Of a stretch of DNA of 41,177 nucleotides, positions 26,780 through 35,920 are shown in pieces; position 1 is the first letter of the stretch, and each line of letters opens with the position of its first letter. The stretch comes from a virus. Taxonomy: Duplodnaviria > Heunggongvirae > Uroviricota > Caudoviricetes. The DNA is taken from positions 1-41,177 of IMG/VR virus record IMGVR_UViG_643886067_000001; one strand, given 5' to 3'. Both the position numbers and the translations under genes were made by a program. The notes under the pieces were generated by a model. That model saw only the letters and a list, made by a program, of their open reading frames with translations, searched no databases and was not told the origin of the DNA.

Positions 26780-27205
26780 TCAATGCACAGCCACAATATT
26801 TCCTGCAGGGCCACCACGATTCATCTGGTTGAAACCAGCGATCGCCACTGCGACAAAATCATCAGCGTCTCTCACCAGTCGTTCCCGCGTCTCCACCAGC
26901 TCCCGAAAATAAGCTGAACTGTGGCTGCGCATTCGGGCCACCAGCAGAGGCGGCATTGCTTTTTCGATCGCTGGTAACAACGCCTGAATTTTTTTAACCG
27001 CATCAGGAGTGTCTTTCTCCACCCAGCGGAAAATTTTCTGGGTATTGCGAGCCAGGGCTTCCGGATGGCTGTCGTCATATAATTCCGGGAACGTCATACC
27101 AAGCTCAAAATAAGCCCGGGTTATTTCAGCTGCCGGAACTTTTTCACCGTCCGGATGCGCCCAGGCATTCATCGCCATGCGGATGTGCTCATGCCTGATT
27201 TTCAT
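26780..27205 (-). CDS. YdaT-like protein (Rac-type early gene)
   Basis: 141 aa MKIRHEHIRMAMNAWAHPDG...; GGAG upstream; overlaps the Cro-like gene by 17 nt. Confidence 0.55.
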   Translation of the reverse strand: MKIRHEHIRMAMNAWAHPDGEKVPAAEITRAYFELGMTFPELYDDSHPEALARNTQKIFRWVEKDTPDAVKKIQALLPAIEKAMPPLLVARMRSHSSAYFRELVETRERLVRDADDFVAVAIAGFNQMNRGGPAGNIVAVH

Positions 27206-27464
27206 GAATCAACTCCGATGCATTTGGTGTGTTAGCCTTGAATCCAACAGGTAAGCCGTCGGTTGGATTCGGGTAAATATCAGGCCGGAGTTCATGAGGT
27301 GTAACCTCGAAATTCGTTACTTCAGCAACACGTAATGCTTTTTCAGGGCTGAATCTTTCATAGCCCCCCAGCACTCGACTTACATGCACCTGAGATAAAC
27401 CCGTTAGCTTCCCAAACTGTAGCTGGGTGATATGTTTCTCTTTTAAATAGTCTCTTAAGTTCAT
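27189..27464 (-). CDS. Cro-like HTH regulator (YdaS-like)
   Basis: ATG 27464 (track start 27470 is TTG); HTH QLQFGKLTGLSQVHVSRVL; divergent from repressor gene. Confidence 0.6.
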   Translation of the reverse strand: MNLRDYLKEKHITQLQFGKLTGLSQVHVSRVLGGYERFSPEKALRVAEVTNFEVTPHELRPDIYPNPTDGLPVGFKANTPNASELIHENQA

Positions 27465-27571
27465 AGCCAACCTTCTACGTTATGCCTCGAGCAAATATTA
27501 GCCCCGCTAATTTTAAAGATCAATAGCCAGACTATCTTTGATAATATTGGTAAAACAAATAAACTCTATGT
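27465..27571. promoter_or_regulatory. Immunity-region operator/promoter interval
   Basis: Palindromes ATTAGC-ccc-GCTAAT (27507-27521) and ATAG-ccaga-CTAT between divergent cro-like and repressor genes. Confidence 0.5.
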
Positions 27572-28033
27572 ATGAAAAAAACACGCGAAGTGATTGCAAC
27601 TCCAGAAGCGAGCAAGAATTTAAAAGCCGCATGGAATGCAAGAAAAAAAGAGCTGAAGCTGACTCAAGAGCTGGCGGCTGAGTTGTTGGGATTCGAATCT
27701 CAAGGCACCGTTAGCCAGTATCTGAACGGCAAGATACCGGTAAATACCGACGCTGCGCTAAAATTTGCGGCTCTGTTAAAGGTAAAACCAGAGGACATTC
27801 GAGAAGACCTTAAAGACTTAATGAATTATGTAAGATCATCAGATACTTATGATGATAACTTTTCAGGCAAAGGATGGAGGCTGGTCAATGAAGAACAGGC
27901 AGAGTTACTTAACCTCTTCGAGATTCTACCTGCGTCAGAAAAAGCCAAACTCCTTAACCAGCTACGTGGACTAAACAAGCTCTACGAGGAAGCCTTCGAG
28001 AACATGCTGGCACTAAAGAAACGTAACCAGTAG
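27572..28033 (+). CDS. Prophage repressor, XRE-family HTH, no S24 peptidase domain
   Basis: 153 aa; HTH LTQELAAELLGFESQGTVSQYLNGK; no Shine-Dalgarno before ATG (possibly leaderless); C-terminal half lacks the Ser/Lys autocleavage module. Confidence 0.65.
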   Translation: MKKTREVIATPEASKNLKAAWNARKKELKLTQELAAELLGFESQGTVSQYLNGKIPVNTDAALKFAALLKVKPEDIREDLKDLMNYVRSSDTYDDNFSGKGWRLVNEEQAELLNLFEILPASEKAKLLNQLRGLNKLYEEAFENMLALKKRNQ

Positions 28034-28060
28034 CCACCGCTCACTACCCCATCCACAACA

Positions 28061-28090
28061 AAAAAACCGACGTCTTAGTCGGTTTTTTTG
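28061..28090. terminator. Bidirectional intrinsic terminator after repressor gene
   Basis: AAAAAAA-CCGAC-gtctta-GTCGG-TTTTTTT. Confidence 0.6.
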
Positions 28091-28186
28091 TGCCATAACT
28101 TCTGCAAATCAGCTGTATAACTAATATTTTTCCCTTGAAAAAACATTTACATAGTTACCAAATCAAAAATATCATACGCCATACTG

Positions 28187-28215
28187 TTGACTTAAAATAT
28201 CCGCGTTACTAATAT
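28187..28215 (+). promoter_or_regulatory. Candidate sigma70 promoter for the left (plus-strand) early operon
   Basis: TTGACT (28187-28192), 17-nt spacer, TAATAT (28210-28215). Confidence 0.45.
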
Positions 28216-28286
28216 TTCTATCAAGAACAGCACGGCGCTGTAGGTTTTAGTTCCGCCACCCGGCGTTAAGGGGAAATGAGGTCAGC

Positions 28287-28442
28287 ATGGATACTATCGA
28301 GCTTGGCAACAACGAATCTCTGGTGTACGGCGTGTTTCCCAACCAGGACGGCACATTCACCGCGATGACGTATACCAAAAGCAAAACGTTTAAAACCGAA
28401 AATGGTGCCCGTCGCTGGCTGGAAAGAAACTCAGGTGAGTGA
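28287..28442 (+). CDS. DUF1391/YdaF-like small protein
   Basis: 51 aa MDTIELGNNESLVYGVFPNQDGTFTAMTYTKSKTFKTENGARRWLERNSGE; GAGG upstream. Not in ORF track. Confidence 0.55.
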   Translation: MDTIELGNNESLVYGVFPNQDGTFTAMTYTKSKTFKTENGARRWLERNSGE

Positions 28443-28443
28443 T

Positions 28444-28572
28444 ATGGATTTCGACACAATCATGGAAAAGGCTTACGAAGAATACTTCGATGGTCTTGCC
28501 GAAGGCGAAGAAGCTCTCAGCTTCAGTGAATTTAAACAGGCGCTTTCCAGTTCGGGAAAATCTAACGGCTGA
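28444..28572 (+). CDS. Hypothetical 42-aa acidic protein
   Basis: MDFDTIMEKAYEEYFDGLAEGEEALSFSEFKQALSSSGKSNG; AGGTGA 5 nt upstream; preferred over the overlapping basic 69-aa track ORF. Confidence 0.3.
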   Translation: MDFDTIMEKAYEEYFDGLAEGEEALSFSEFKQALSSSGKSNG

Positions 28573-28601
28573 TAAGCGAAACAGCACCGCGAGGAATCAG
28601 T

Positions 28602-28841
28602 ATGCAGAAACGAGAACCCGTCATCATCGCGCCAGACTATACCGATGATGAACTTTATGAGTGGATGCGCCAGAAAATTAATGCAGTGCAGGATCTGAAA
28701 TGGGCCAATGAAGCCAGGACTAAGCAGGCTGAAAATCTGTCCGCTCTGGAGCAGGATATCACCAGGCTGGAAAAAAGCAGCGGCATTAAGCATTGCCAGA
28801 ATGGTTACATACCCACGTTAATAGCTAACCAACGAGGCTAA
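28602..28841 (+). CDS. Hypothetical protein
   Basis: 79 aa; AGGAA upstream. Confidence 0.45.
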   Translation: MQKREPVIIAPDYTDDELYEWMRQKINAVQDLKWANEARTKQAENLSALEQDITRLEKSSGIKHCQNGYIPTLIANQRG

Positions 28842-28843
28842 TA

Positions 28844-29164
28844 ATGGAATTTAAAGATTTACCAATGCCATTCCAGGAAATGGCAGCGAATATAGTTCGT
28901 TCCCAACTGGCGACTCTTGACCTGAGTACCGTAGAAAAAGAAACCATCGATACTATATCCGGTAACGTGCGTCGTGCCTTTATCGGTCTGTACGAAGAGA
29001 AGCAGCTCTCTGATAACCAGGATTTACATGAAAAATACTTCCTGGATCTAATGGACATCATTGATAAGGGGTTTGGCTTGTTAATGAAAACGAAAGGGAT
29101 TCGAATAGAACCCCTTGAAAATTACTTTGCAACAAAAAGCATTAATTCTTTTGATTCAAAATAA
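28844..29164 (+). CDS. Hypothetical protein
   Basis: 106 aa; GAGG upstream; 3 nt after previous stop. Confidence 0.45.
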   Translation: MEFKDLPMPFQEMAANIVRSQLATLDLSTVEKETIDTISGNVRRAFIGLYEEKQLSDNQDLHEKYFLDLMDIIDKGFGLLMKTKGIRIEPLENYFATKSINSFDSK

Positions 29165-29402
29165 GAGAATTAATTACAGACTTAACATGCTCTTTCTCAT
29201 GATTGAAAGTGCCGGGTTGAAGCGAGTCGATATAATCAACAAGACTCTGTCGTACGACTTCATTTTTATCCATAACAGATGCAAGAAATGAAATTGCTAA
29301 AAGAGTTATATCACTACGCGCCGCAGCATGCTGCAATGCTTTATCAAAATTATTAATCTGGCGTATCAGGGAGTTAATGATTTCATCATTTTCAGTCGAC
29401 AT
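29142..29402 (-). CDS. Hypothetical 86-aa protein, antisense to the left operon
   Basis: ATG 29402 with GGAGG upstream; AT-rich; the track ORF extends upstream to 29615. Confidence 0.4.
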   Translation of the reverse strand: MSTENDEIINSLIRQINNFDKALQHAAARSDITLLAISFLASVMDKNEVVRQSLVDYIDSLQPGTFNHEKEHVKSVINSLILNQKN

Positions 29403-29964
29403 TTCACCCTCCTGAGGGTTGGTGATTAAGGAGTTCTCCACGGGTGAGGTGGAGTGCGTGCGCCGGACACGGGTGAGCATCCGGCACTGACAGTTTACTG
29501 AAAGGATATTTCCCTGAAAAGTCAGACCATAACGCGAAAGCGCTCGGCGAGGTAGCTGGTTCATAGATAGCCTGTCGTTAAATTTTCGTCGACCGTGCGC
29601 TTCCGGTTGTGGCAATCCGCGAAATGGCGCGGCGGTAAGTATGGCGGGGTTATTCCTTCCCCCGTTGAGGACACCGGGTTGTCAGGTTGACCATACGCTT
29701 AAGTGACAACCCCGCTGCAACGCCCTCTGTTATCAATTTTCTGGTGACGTTTGGCGGTATCAGTTTTACTCCGTGACTGCTCTGCCGCCCTTTTTAAAGT
29801 GAATTTTGTGATGTGGTGAATGCGGCTGAGCGCACGCGGAACAGTTAAAACCAAAAACAGTGTTATGGGTGGATTCTCTGTATCCGGCGTTAATTGTTAA
29901 CTGGTTAACGTCACCTGGAGGCACCAGGCACCGCATCACAAAATTCATTGTTGAGGACGCGATA

Positions 29965-30153
29965 ATGGAAACGTTATTACCAAACGTTAATACGTCTGAA
30001 GGTTGTTTTGAAATTGGTGTCACTATCAGTAACCCTGTATTTACTGAAGATGCCATTAACAAGAGAAAACACGAACGGGAGTTATTAAATAAAATATGCA
30101 TTCTTTCAATGCTGGCCCGTTTACGTCCGATACAAAAAGGATGTGCACAATGA
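29965..30153 (+). CDS. Hypothetical small protein
   Basis: 62 aa from ATG 29965 (GAGGA 8 nt upstream). Confidence 0.35.
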   Translation: METLLPNVNTSEGCFEIGVTISNPVFTEDAINKRKHERELLNKICILSMLARLRPIQKGCAQ

Positions 30154-30341
30154 ATACAGCATTTGCACTTGTTCTGACAGTTTTTCTTGTTTCCGGAGAG
30201 CCAGTTGATATTGCAGTCAGTGTTCACAGGACAATGCAGGAGTGTGTGACTGCAGCAACCGAACAGAAAATTCCCGGTAACTGTTACCCGGTCGATAAAG
30301 TTATTCACCAGGATAATAACGAAATCCCGGCAGGTCTTTAA
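30150..30341 (+). CDS. Hypothetical small protein with signal-peptide-like N-terminus
   Basis: 63 aa MNTAFALVLTVFLVSGEPVDIAVSVH...; ATGA overlap with upstream stop. Confidence 0.4.
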   Translation: MNTAFALVLTVFLVSGEPVDIAVSVHRTMQECVTAATEQKIPGNCYPVDKVIHQDNNEIPAGL

Positions 30342-30433
30342 AACAGTTCCGTAATAAATATCCGGTTTCATTCTTATATGCCAGCAATGGCAGGGATTTG
30401 TTCACCCTTAAATCTGTAATGAGGTAAAACAAA

Positions 30434-32905
30434 ATGAGTAAAGTCTTTATTTGCGCCGCCATTCCGGACGAACAGGCAATAAAGGAAGAAGGTGCAGTCG
30501 CTGTAGCCACTGCCATTGAAGCCGGTGATGAACGTCGCGCCCGCGCAAAATTTCACTGGCAATTCCTGGAACATTATCCGGCTGCTCAGGACTGCGCTTA
30601 TAAATTTATTGTCTGTGAGGATAAACCCGGCATACCCCGCCCTGCCCTCGATTCCTGGGATGCTGAATATATGCAGGAAAACCGCTGGGATGAGGAGTCT
30701 GCTTCCTTTGTCCCGGTTGAGACTGAATCAGATCCGATGAACGTCACTTTTGACAAGTTGGCCCCTGAAGTACAGAACGCTGTCATGGTTAAGTTCGACA
30801 CATGTGAAAACATCACCGTTGATATGGTTATTAGCGCACAGGAATTGTTGCAGGAAGACATGGCAACATTCGACGGACATATCGTTGAAGCGTTGATGAA
30901 AATGCCAGAAGTTAACGCCATGTATCCGGAGCTTAAGCTGCATGCCATCGGGTGGGTTAAGCATAAATGTAAGCCTGGTGCCAAATGGCCCGAAATTCAG
31001 GCAGAGATGCGCATCTGGAAAAAACGTCGCGAAGGTGAACGCAAGGAAACCGGAAAATACACGTCTGTTGTTGATCTCGCCCGCGCCAGAACCAATCAAC
31101 AGCACAGTGAAAATTCAACAGGAAAAATCAGCCCGGTCATTGCTGCCATTCATCGCGAATACAAGCAGACATGGAAAACACTGGATGACGAACTGGCCTA
31201 CGCTCTCTGGCCTGGTGATGTGGATGCCGGAAACATTGACGGCAGCATCCATCGCTGGGCAAAAAATGAAGTTATCGACAACGACCGCGAAGACTGGAAG
31301 CGTATCTCGGCATCAATGCGCAAACAGCCTGATGCCCTTCGCTACGACCGCCAGACTATTTTTGGCCTTGTCCGTGAACGTCCGATCGACATTCACAAAG
31401 ACCCTGTGGCACTGAACAAATACATTACTGAATACCTGACTACAAAGGGCGTGTTTGAAGATGAAGGAAGAAATCAGAGCGCAACTGATACTCTCTCGTC
31501 GCCAGTACCAGAAACTGATGCAGTGGAAACGGCAATGCCGGACAACGAAAAAACCGAATGCGAAGTGGAAGACGAACCATCTGTAGAGCGTGAGGGACCG
31601 TTCTACTTCCTTTTCACCGATAAGGACGGCGAAAAATACGGTCGCGCAAACAAACTTTCTGGTCTGGAAAAAGCACTGGCCCTGGGAGCTACGGAAATCA
31701 CAAAAGAGGAATACTTCGCACGTAAAAACGGCACGTACTCTGGTTCACAACAAAATACTGGTGCATCTGACACGATCGCACAACCAGAGCCGGTAAAAGT
31801 TACCGCTGACGAAGTAAACAAAATTATGCAGGCAGCCAATATCAGCCAGCCTGACGCCAATAAGTTGCTTGCTGTATCACGTGGTGAATTTGTTGCAGGG
31901 ATTAGCGACCCGAATGATCCGAAATGGGTGAAGGGGATTGAAACCCGCGATTCAGTGAATCAGAACCAGCAAGAAACGGAACAGAACGGCCAGAAAGCGG
32001 AACAAAACAGCCCAAATGCGTTACAAAACGAGCCAGAAACGAAACAGCCTGAACCAGTGGCGCAACAGGAAGTGGAAAAAGTCTGCACCGCCTGCGGTCA
32101 GACCGGCGGCGGCAACTGCCCTGATTGTGGCGCGGTGATGGGCGACGCAACATACCAGGAAACATTCGATGAAGAGTATCAGGTTGAAGTTCAGGAAGAT
32201 GATCCGGAGGAAATGGAAGGCGCTGAACATCCACACAAGGAGAACACTGACGGCAATCAGCATCACGATAGCGATAATGAAACTGGCGAGACGGCAGATC
32301 ACTCAATTAAGGTGAACGGTCATCAAGAAATCACATCCACCAGCAGGACGTGTGACCATCTAATGATCGACCTTGAAACCATGGGAAAAAATCCTGATGC
32401 CCCGATCATCTCAATAGGTGCAATATTTTTCGATCCGCAAACCGGAGATATGGGACCGGAATTTAGTAAGACTATCGATCTGGAAACTGCTGGCGGGGTC
32501 ATTGATCGGGACACCATTAAATGGTGGCTTAAGCAATCACGCGAAGCGCAATCTGCCATTATGACCGATGAAATCCCGTTAGATGATGCACTGTTACAAT
32601 TGCGGGAATTTATCGACGAAAACTCCGGTGAATTTTTTGTTCAGGTCTGGGGAAATGGAGCCAACTTCGACAACACGATTTTGCGCCGTTCATACGAACG
32701 GCAGGGGATCCCCTGCCCGTGGCGTTACTACAACGATCGCGATGTACGCACAATCGTTGAGCTGGGGAAAGCCATAGACTTCGATGCCAGAACGGCTATT
32801 CCATTCGAAGGTGAGCGCCATAATGCACTTGATGACGCCCGTTACCAGGCAAAATACGTTTCAGTTATCTGGCAAAAACTGATCCCGAATCAGGCTGATT
32901 TTTAA
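30434..32905 (+). CDS. RecE-like large protein with acidic N-terminal region, central zinc ribbon and C-terminal DEDDh (DnaQ-like) 3'-5' exonuclease domain
   Basis: 823 aa; CTACGQTGGGNCPDCG; exonuclease motifs IDLETMG, GNGANFDNTIL, HNALDDARYQ; sits where recE/exo lies in Rac-type prophages, with no recT/bet-like neighbour. Confidence 0.7.
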   Translation: MSKVFICAAIPDEQAIKEEGAVAVATAIEAGDERRARAKFHWQFLEHYPAAQDCAYKFIVCEDKPGIPRPALDSWDAEYMQENRWDEESASFVPVETESDPMNVTFDKLAPEVQNAVMVKFDTCENITVDMVISAQELLQEDMATFDGHIVEALMKMPEVNAMYPELKLHAIGWVKHKCKPGAKWPEIQAEMRIWKKRREGERKETGKYTSVVDLARARTNQQHSENSTGKISPVIAAIHREYKQTWKTLDDELAYALWPGDVDAGNIDGSIHRWAKNEVIDNDREDWKRISASMRKQPDALRYDRQTIFGLVRERPIDIHKDPVALNKYITEYLTTKGVFEDEGRNQSATDTLSSPVPETDAVETAMPDNEKTECEVEDEPSVEREGPFYFLFTDKDGEKYGRANKLSGLEKALALGATEITKEEYFARKNGTYSGSQQNTGASDTIAQPEPVKVTADEVNKIMQAANISQPDANKLLAVSRGEFVAGISDPNDPKWVKGIETRDSVNQNQQETEQNGQKAEQNSPNALQNEPETKQPEPVAQQEVEKVCTACGQTGGGNCPDCGAVMGDATYQETFDEEYQVEVQEDDPEEMEGAEHPHKENTDGNQHHDSDNETGETADHSIKVNGHQEITSTSRTCDHLMIDLETMGKNPDAPIISIGAIFFDPQTGDMGPEFSKTIDLETAGGVIDRDTIKWWLKQSREAQSAIMTDEIPLDDALLQLREFIDENSGEFFVQVWGNGANFDNTILRRSYERQGIPCPWRYYNDRDVRTIVELGKAIDFDARTAIPFEGERHNALDDARYQAKYVSVIWQKLIPNQADF

Positions 32906-32969
32906 TGTTCAACCCCGGTCGTTGCCCACCAGCTATAGTGGCGGCGACCATGATTAGCGAACGACGCTC

Positions 32970-33218
32970 ATGGCAAGACTTATTCTGCTCACTGAGTGGG
33001 CAAAAGAGGAATTCAGTGAACCGGTCCCAACTCCGAGTACGTTAAGTAAATACGCTAAAGCCGGAATGATATTTCCTCTCCCCAAAAAAGTTGGAAGACG
33101 CTGGCGAGTGGATCCGCAAGCTCGCTTTGTCGGAATGGTAAACAAGCCGGAGGTGATCGCCACAGATCACCCTGCTTTGAAGAGGATACTGGAAGATGGC
33201 GCGCCCGCGAAAATATAA
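32970..33218 (+). CDS. xis: Excisionase (Xis)
   Basis: 82 aa; overlaps integrase start; lambda-Xis-like pattern. Confidence 0.7.
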   Translation: MARLILLTEWAKEEFSEPVPTPSTLSKYAKAGMIFPLPKKVGRRWRVDPQARFVGMVNKPEVIATDHPALKRILEDGAPAKI

Positions 33219-34326
33219 AACCGATGTTCCGGGATTATCTCCGTATTTTGACAAAAGAAATAACAAAGTTTACTGGCGTTACAGGCATCCCATAACAGGC
33301 AAAAATCACGGTCTCGGCAGTATTGACCAGAAACTGGCAGAAACTATTGCAGCAGAAGCGAACAGCCGTCTTGCCCGGCAGCAAATGGAACAAATGCTCA
33401 GTCTGCAGGAGAAAATTATTAGTGATACCGGCGGTTCATCAACCGTTACCATTTTTCTGAATAATTACAGAAAAATTCAACAGGAAAGATATGAAAACGG
33501 CGAGATCAAACTCAACACGCTGAAACAGAAAGCGGCCCCTCTCAGGGTATTTGATGAACGTTTTGGCACCAGACCGTTAGATGCCATAACCGTAAAAGAT
33601 GTGGTATCAGTACTGGAAGAGTACAAGGCCAGAGGACATAACAGAATGGGACAAATTTTCAGGAAAGTACTGATCGATGTTTTCCGGGAAGCTCAGCAAA
33701 CGGGCGATGTCCCGCCAGGCTTTAACCCTGCAGAATCGGCAAAAAAACCGCAGGTGCGGATATCAAGACAGCGACTGACTTTTGATGAGTGGATGATGAT
33801 TTATAACGCAGCGGAAAAGGATGGTTACTTTTTACAGCGCGGTATGCTGCTGGCACTGATGACAGGCCAGCGCCTTTCAGATATTTGCAAAATGCAATTT
33901 TCGGATATCCGGGATGGTTATCTTCATGTCGAACAGCAAAAAACAGGAACCCGGATTGCCATCCCTCTGGCTCTGCGTTGCGATAAATTAAATCTCACCC
34001 TGGATGATGTAGTGTCATCCTGCCGCGATTGCGTTCTTAGTCCGTGGCTATTGCACCACCATCACGCGAAAGGGACAGCTAAGCGCGGCGGGATGGTTAA
34101 GCCAGCAACATTAACCGTTGCATTTAAAAAAGCCCGGGATTCTGTGGATTACAACTGGCGTGCTAATGGCACCCCACCCTCTTTCCATGAGCAGAGATCT
34201 TTATCAGAGCGATTGTTCAGAGAGCAGGGGGTTGATACCAAAATTTTGCTGGGCCATTCGAATCAAAAAATGACCGATATTTACAACGACGCACGCGGTA
34301 AGGAATGGAAAAAACTGGTCATTTGA
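33196..34326 (+). CDS. int: Tyrosine integrase (lambda Int family)
   Basis: 376 aa; N-terminal arm-binding-like MARPRKYKTDVPGLSPYFDKRNNKVYWRYRHPITGK; C-terminal catalytic region (LLGHSNQKMTDIYN). Confidence 0.9.
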   Translation: MARPRKYKTDVPGLSPYFDKRNNKVYWRYRHPITGKNHGLGSIDQKLAETIAAEANSRLARQQMEQMLSLQEKIISDTGGSSTVTIFLNNYRKIQQERYENGEIKLNTLKQKAAPLRVFDERFGTRPLDAITVKDVVSVLEEYKARGHNRMGQIFRKVLIDVFREAQQTGDVPPGFNPAESAKKPQVRISRQRLTFDEWMMIYNAAEKDGYFLQRGMLLALMTGQRLSDICKMQFSDIRDGYLHVEQQKTGTRIAIPLALRCDKLNLTLDDVVSSCRDCVLSPWLLHHHHAKGTAKRGGMVKPATLTVAFKKARDSVDYNWRANGTPPSFHEQRSLSERLFREQGVDTKILLGHSNQKMTDIYNDARGKEWKKLVI

Positions 34327-34333
34327 TGACCAG

Positions 34334-34367
34334 TTTTGCAGAGGGGTTTTGCAGAGGTTTTGCAGAG
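34334..34367. repeat. Three direct TTTTGCAGAG repeats just after int (candidate arm-type integrase sites)
   Basis: Copies at 34334-43, 34347-56, 34358-67. Confidence 0.5.
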
Positions 34368-34371
34368 AAAA

Positions 34372-34497
34372 TTAAAAACGATATCCTGCGGAGAACATAA
34401 ACACCCACGGATCCAGTCGTACCGAGTCTTTTACGGTAGTAACACCAGATTTGTACTTAGCCGTGGTATCGATATCCATGTACCAGACCGTCATGCC
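34372..34497 (-). pseudogene. OmpW 3'-end fragment (about the last 40 codons), probably phage-borne copy of the attachment region
   Basis: Minus frame encodes ...TVWYMDIDTTAKYKSGVTTVKDSVRLDPWVFMFSAGYRF-stop, matching the OmpW C-terminus; no upstream ompW sequence present. Confidence 0.55.
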
Positions 34498-35776
34498 GGC
34501 TTTCATCCGGTAACCGGGCATTCGCACGGGTGGCATCCAGTGAAACAGCGCCCAGCCAGCCCATGTTTTTACCCACCCCCAGATTGAAGGCACGGTAGCG
34601 TTCAGCTATCCAGGCTCCTCCATACACCGTCCAGCCTGCCGGCAGACCATACTTCAGCGTTCCTTCAGCAAAACGGGGATTATCCTGCTGATGTCCGCCA
34701 CTGCGAAACTCTCCGGCACTGAGAGCATATTTCAGATGCCCTTCACGTTGCAGTACAGGCACCGAAGACCATGGCACATTAAATCGCTGTACACTGCCAT
34801 CAGCTTCCTGCAGGGTTACCTGTAAGTCACCTCCACTCCCGGCCGGATAAATATCGTTTATCTCGAACGGGCCTGGAGGTAGCGTACTCTGGTAAATTTC
34901 ATACCCGTTCTGGCGGATACTAATCCGGGATGTTCCCCGGGAAATACCGTGAATTGTCGGTGCATACCCTCTCTGGCTGTCCGGAACCATATTGTCATCA
35001 GAGGCCAGTTGAATCCCCCTGAAATTTACACCGTCAAAAATATCCCCCCGGGTATAACTGTCCCCCATCGTCAGACGGGAGCGCAGGGAAACTATATCCC
35101 GCTCCAGCCAGGTGTTAATGTGCTGCCAGTTATTCTGGCTGTACCCCTTTCCGGCACTGTAACTCCAGCTGGTGTTGTCCCGAAGACGCCAGCTCCCGAT
35201 ATTCAGTCCTGTTTTCAGATTCAGATAGGCATAATCGCTGGTGCCACCATAGCTGTCGCGCACCCGATTACCACTGAAGTCATAATTCAGCAATGCCGCT
35301 GTAATTCCGTTATCCCAGTATTCCGGCGCAATATAACCACGGGCCTGATTACTCATATATAACTGAGGAACGGTCAGGTACAATCGCTGCTGCCCGACAT
35401 CAAACCGGAATGTGGCACCCTGAATCATGGAATTCAGTGATGTGCAGGTGTCAGCCGGCAGTCTCTCCATACCCGGCACGGCATAACGGTTTACCCCCAT
35501 CGCACTCATATGCTCCGGACTCAGGCAGGGGGCAAGTTGCTTCCCGTCCTGACTCATCTGAAACTGCACGTCACGGGTTGAGATATACGTATCATTCAGA
35601 TAAATATCCACCCGGTACACGCCTGGCGGAAGCTCCTGCCCCTGTGTAAATGCAGACAGGTCCGCAACCGCATCCGGGTCATCAGACAGAAAACGCGGAT
35701 TAAAATAGAGCTCAGCCCGGGCCGGAGAAACAATTATCCCGATAAAAAATGCCAGCGGCAGTATATTAAATTTCAT
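34490..35776 (-). pseudogene. Fimbrial usher (FimD/SfaF/FocD-like), N-terminal ~430 aa only, truncated at the prophage junction
   Basis: Signal peptide MKFNILPLAFFIGIIVSPARA then strong colinear usher similarity (ELYFNPRFLSDDP...YRAFNLGVGKNMG...LPDESRHDG); usher similarity ends at ~34490, frame stops at 34457. Confidence 0.7.
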
Positions 35777-35920
35777 TCTGTTATTACCCCCGCCAGCAGA
35801 GCCGGTCAGTGATTTATCAGACAGGAGCTGTCCGCCATCTCCGAAAAACATGTCAGCCCCCACACTGAGCGAAAAAATAAAATCAGCAGCCAAACACAAC
35901 CAGTACCAGAAATAACTGAG

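Larger units (their letters stand above)
1..34497. mobile_element. Lambdoid prophage, partial (distal end beyond window start); integrase-proximal junction at ~34.49 kb
   Basis: Contiguous phage modules: HK97-type head genes, lysis cassette, Q/nin region, O/P replication, repressor/cro-like pair, xis-int. Usher homology begins at ~34490. Confidence 0.85.

Noticed and set aside
28439-28648. 69-aa basic plus-strand track ORF
   Set aside because: Overlaps the better-supported 42-aa ORF (AGGTGA site) and the 79-aa gene; Arg/Lys-rich composition suggests an off-frame read.
29766-30371. 201-aa Cys-rich minus-strand ORF
   Set aside because: Antisense to two plus-strand small genes with good ribosome-binding sites and to the RecE-like gene promoter region; unnatural composition.
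34457-34489. Apparent continuation of the usher (…GLVHGYRYHG) resembling the FimD GYRY motif
   Set aside because: Only ~10 residues, immediately followed by a stop, and the same DNA encodes the OmpW-like C-terminus in another frame; treated as coincidental read-through across the junction.
34336-34587. 83-aa plus-strand ORF after int
   Set aside because: Lies opposite the OmpW-like C-terminal fragment and usher frame; no ribosome-binding site.
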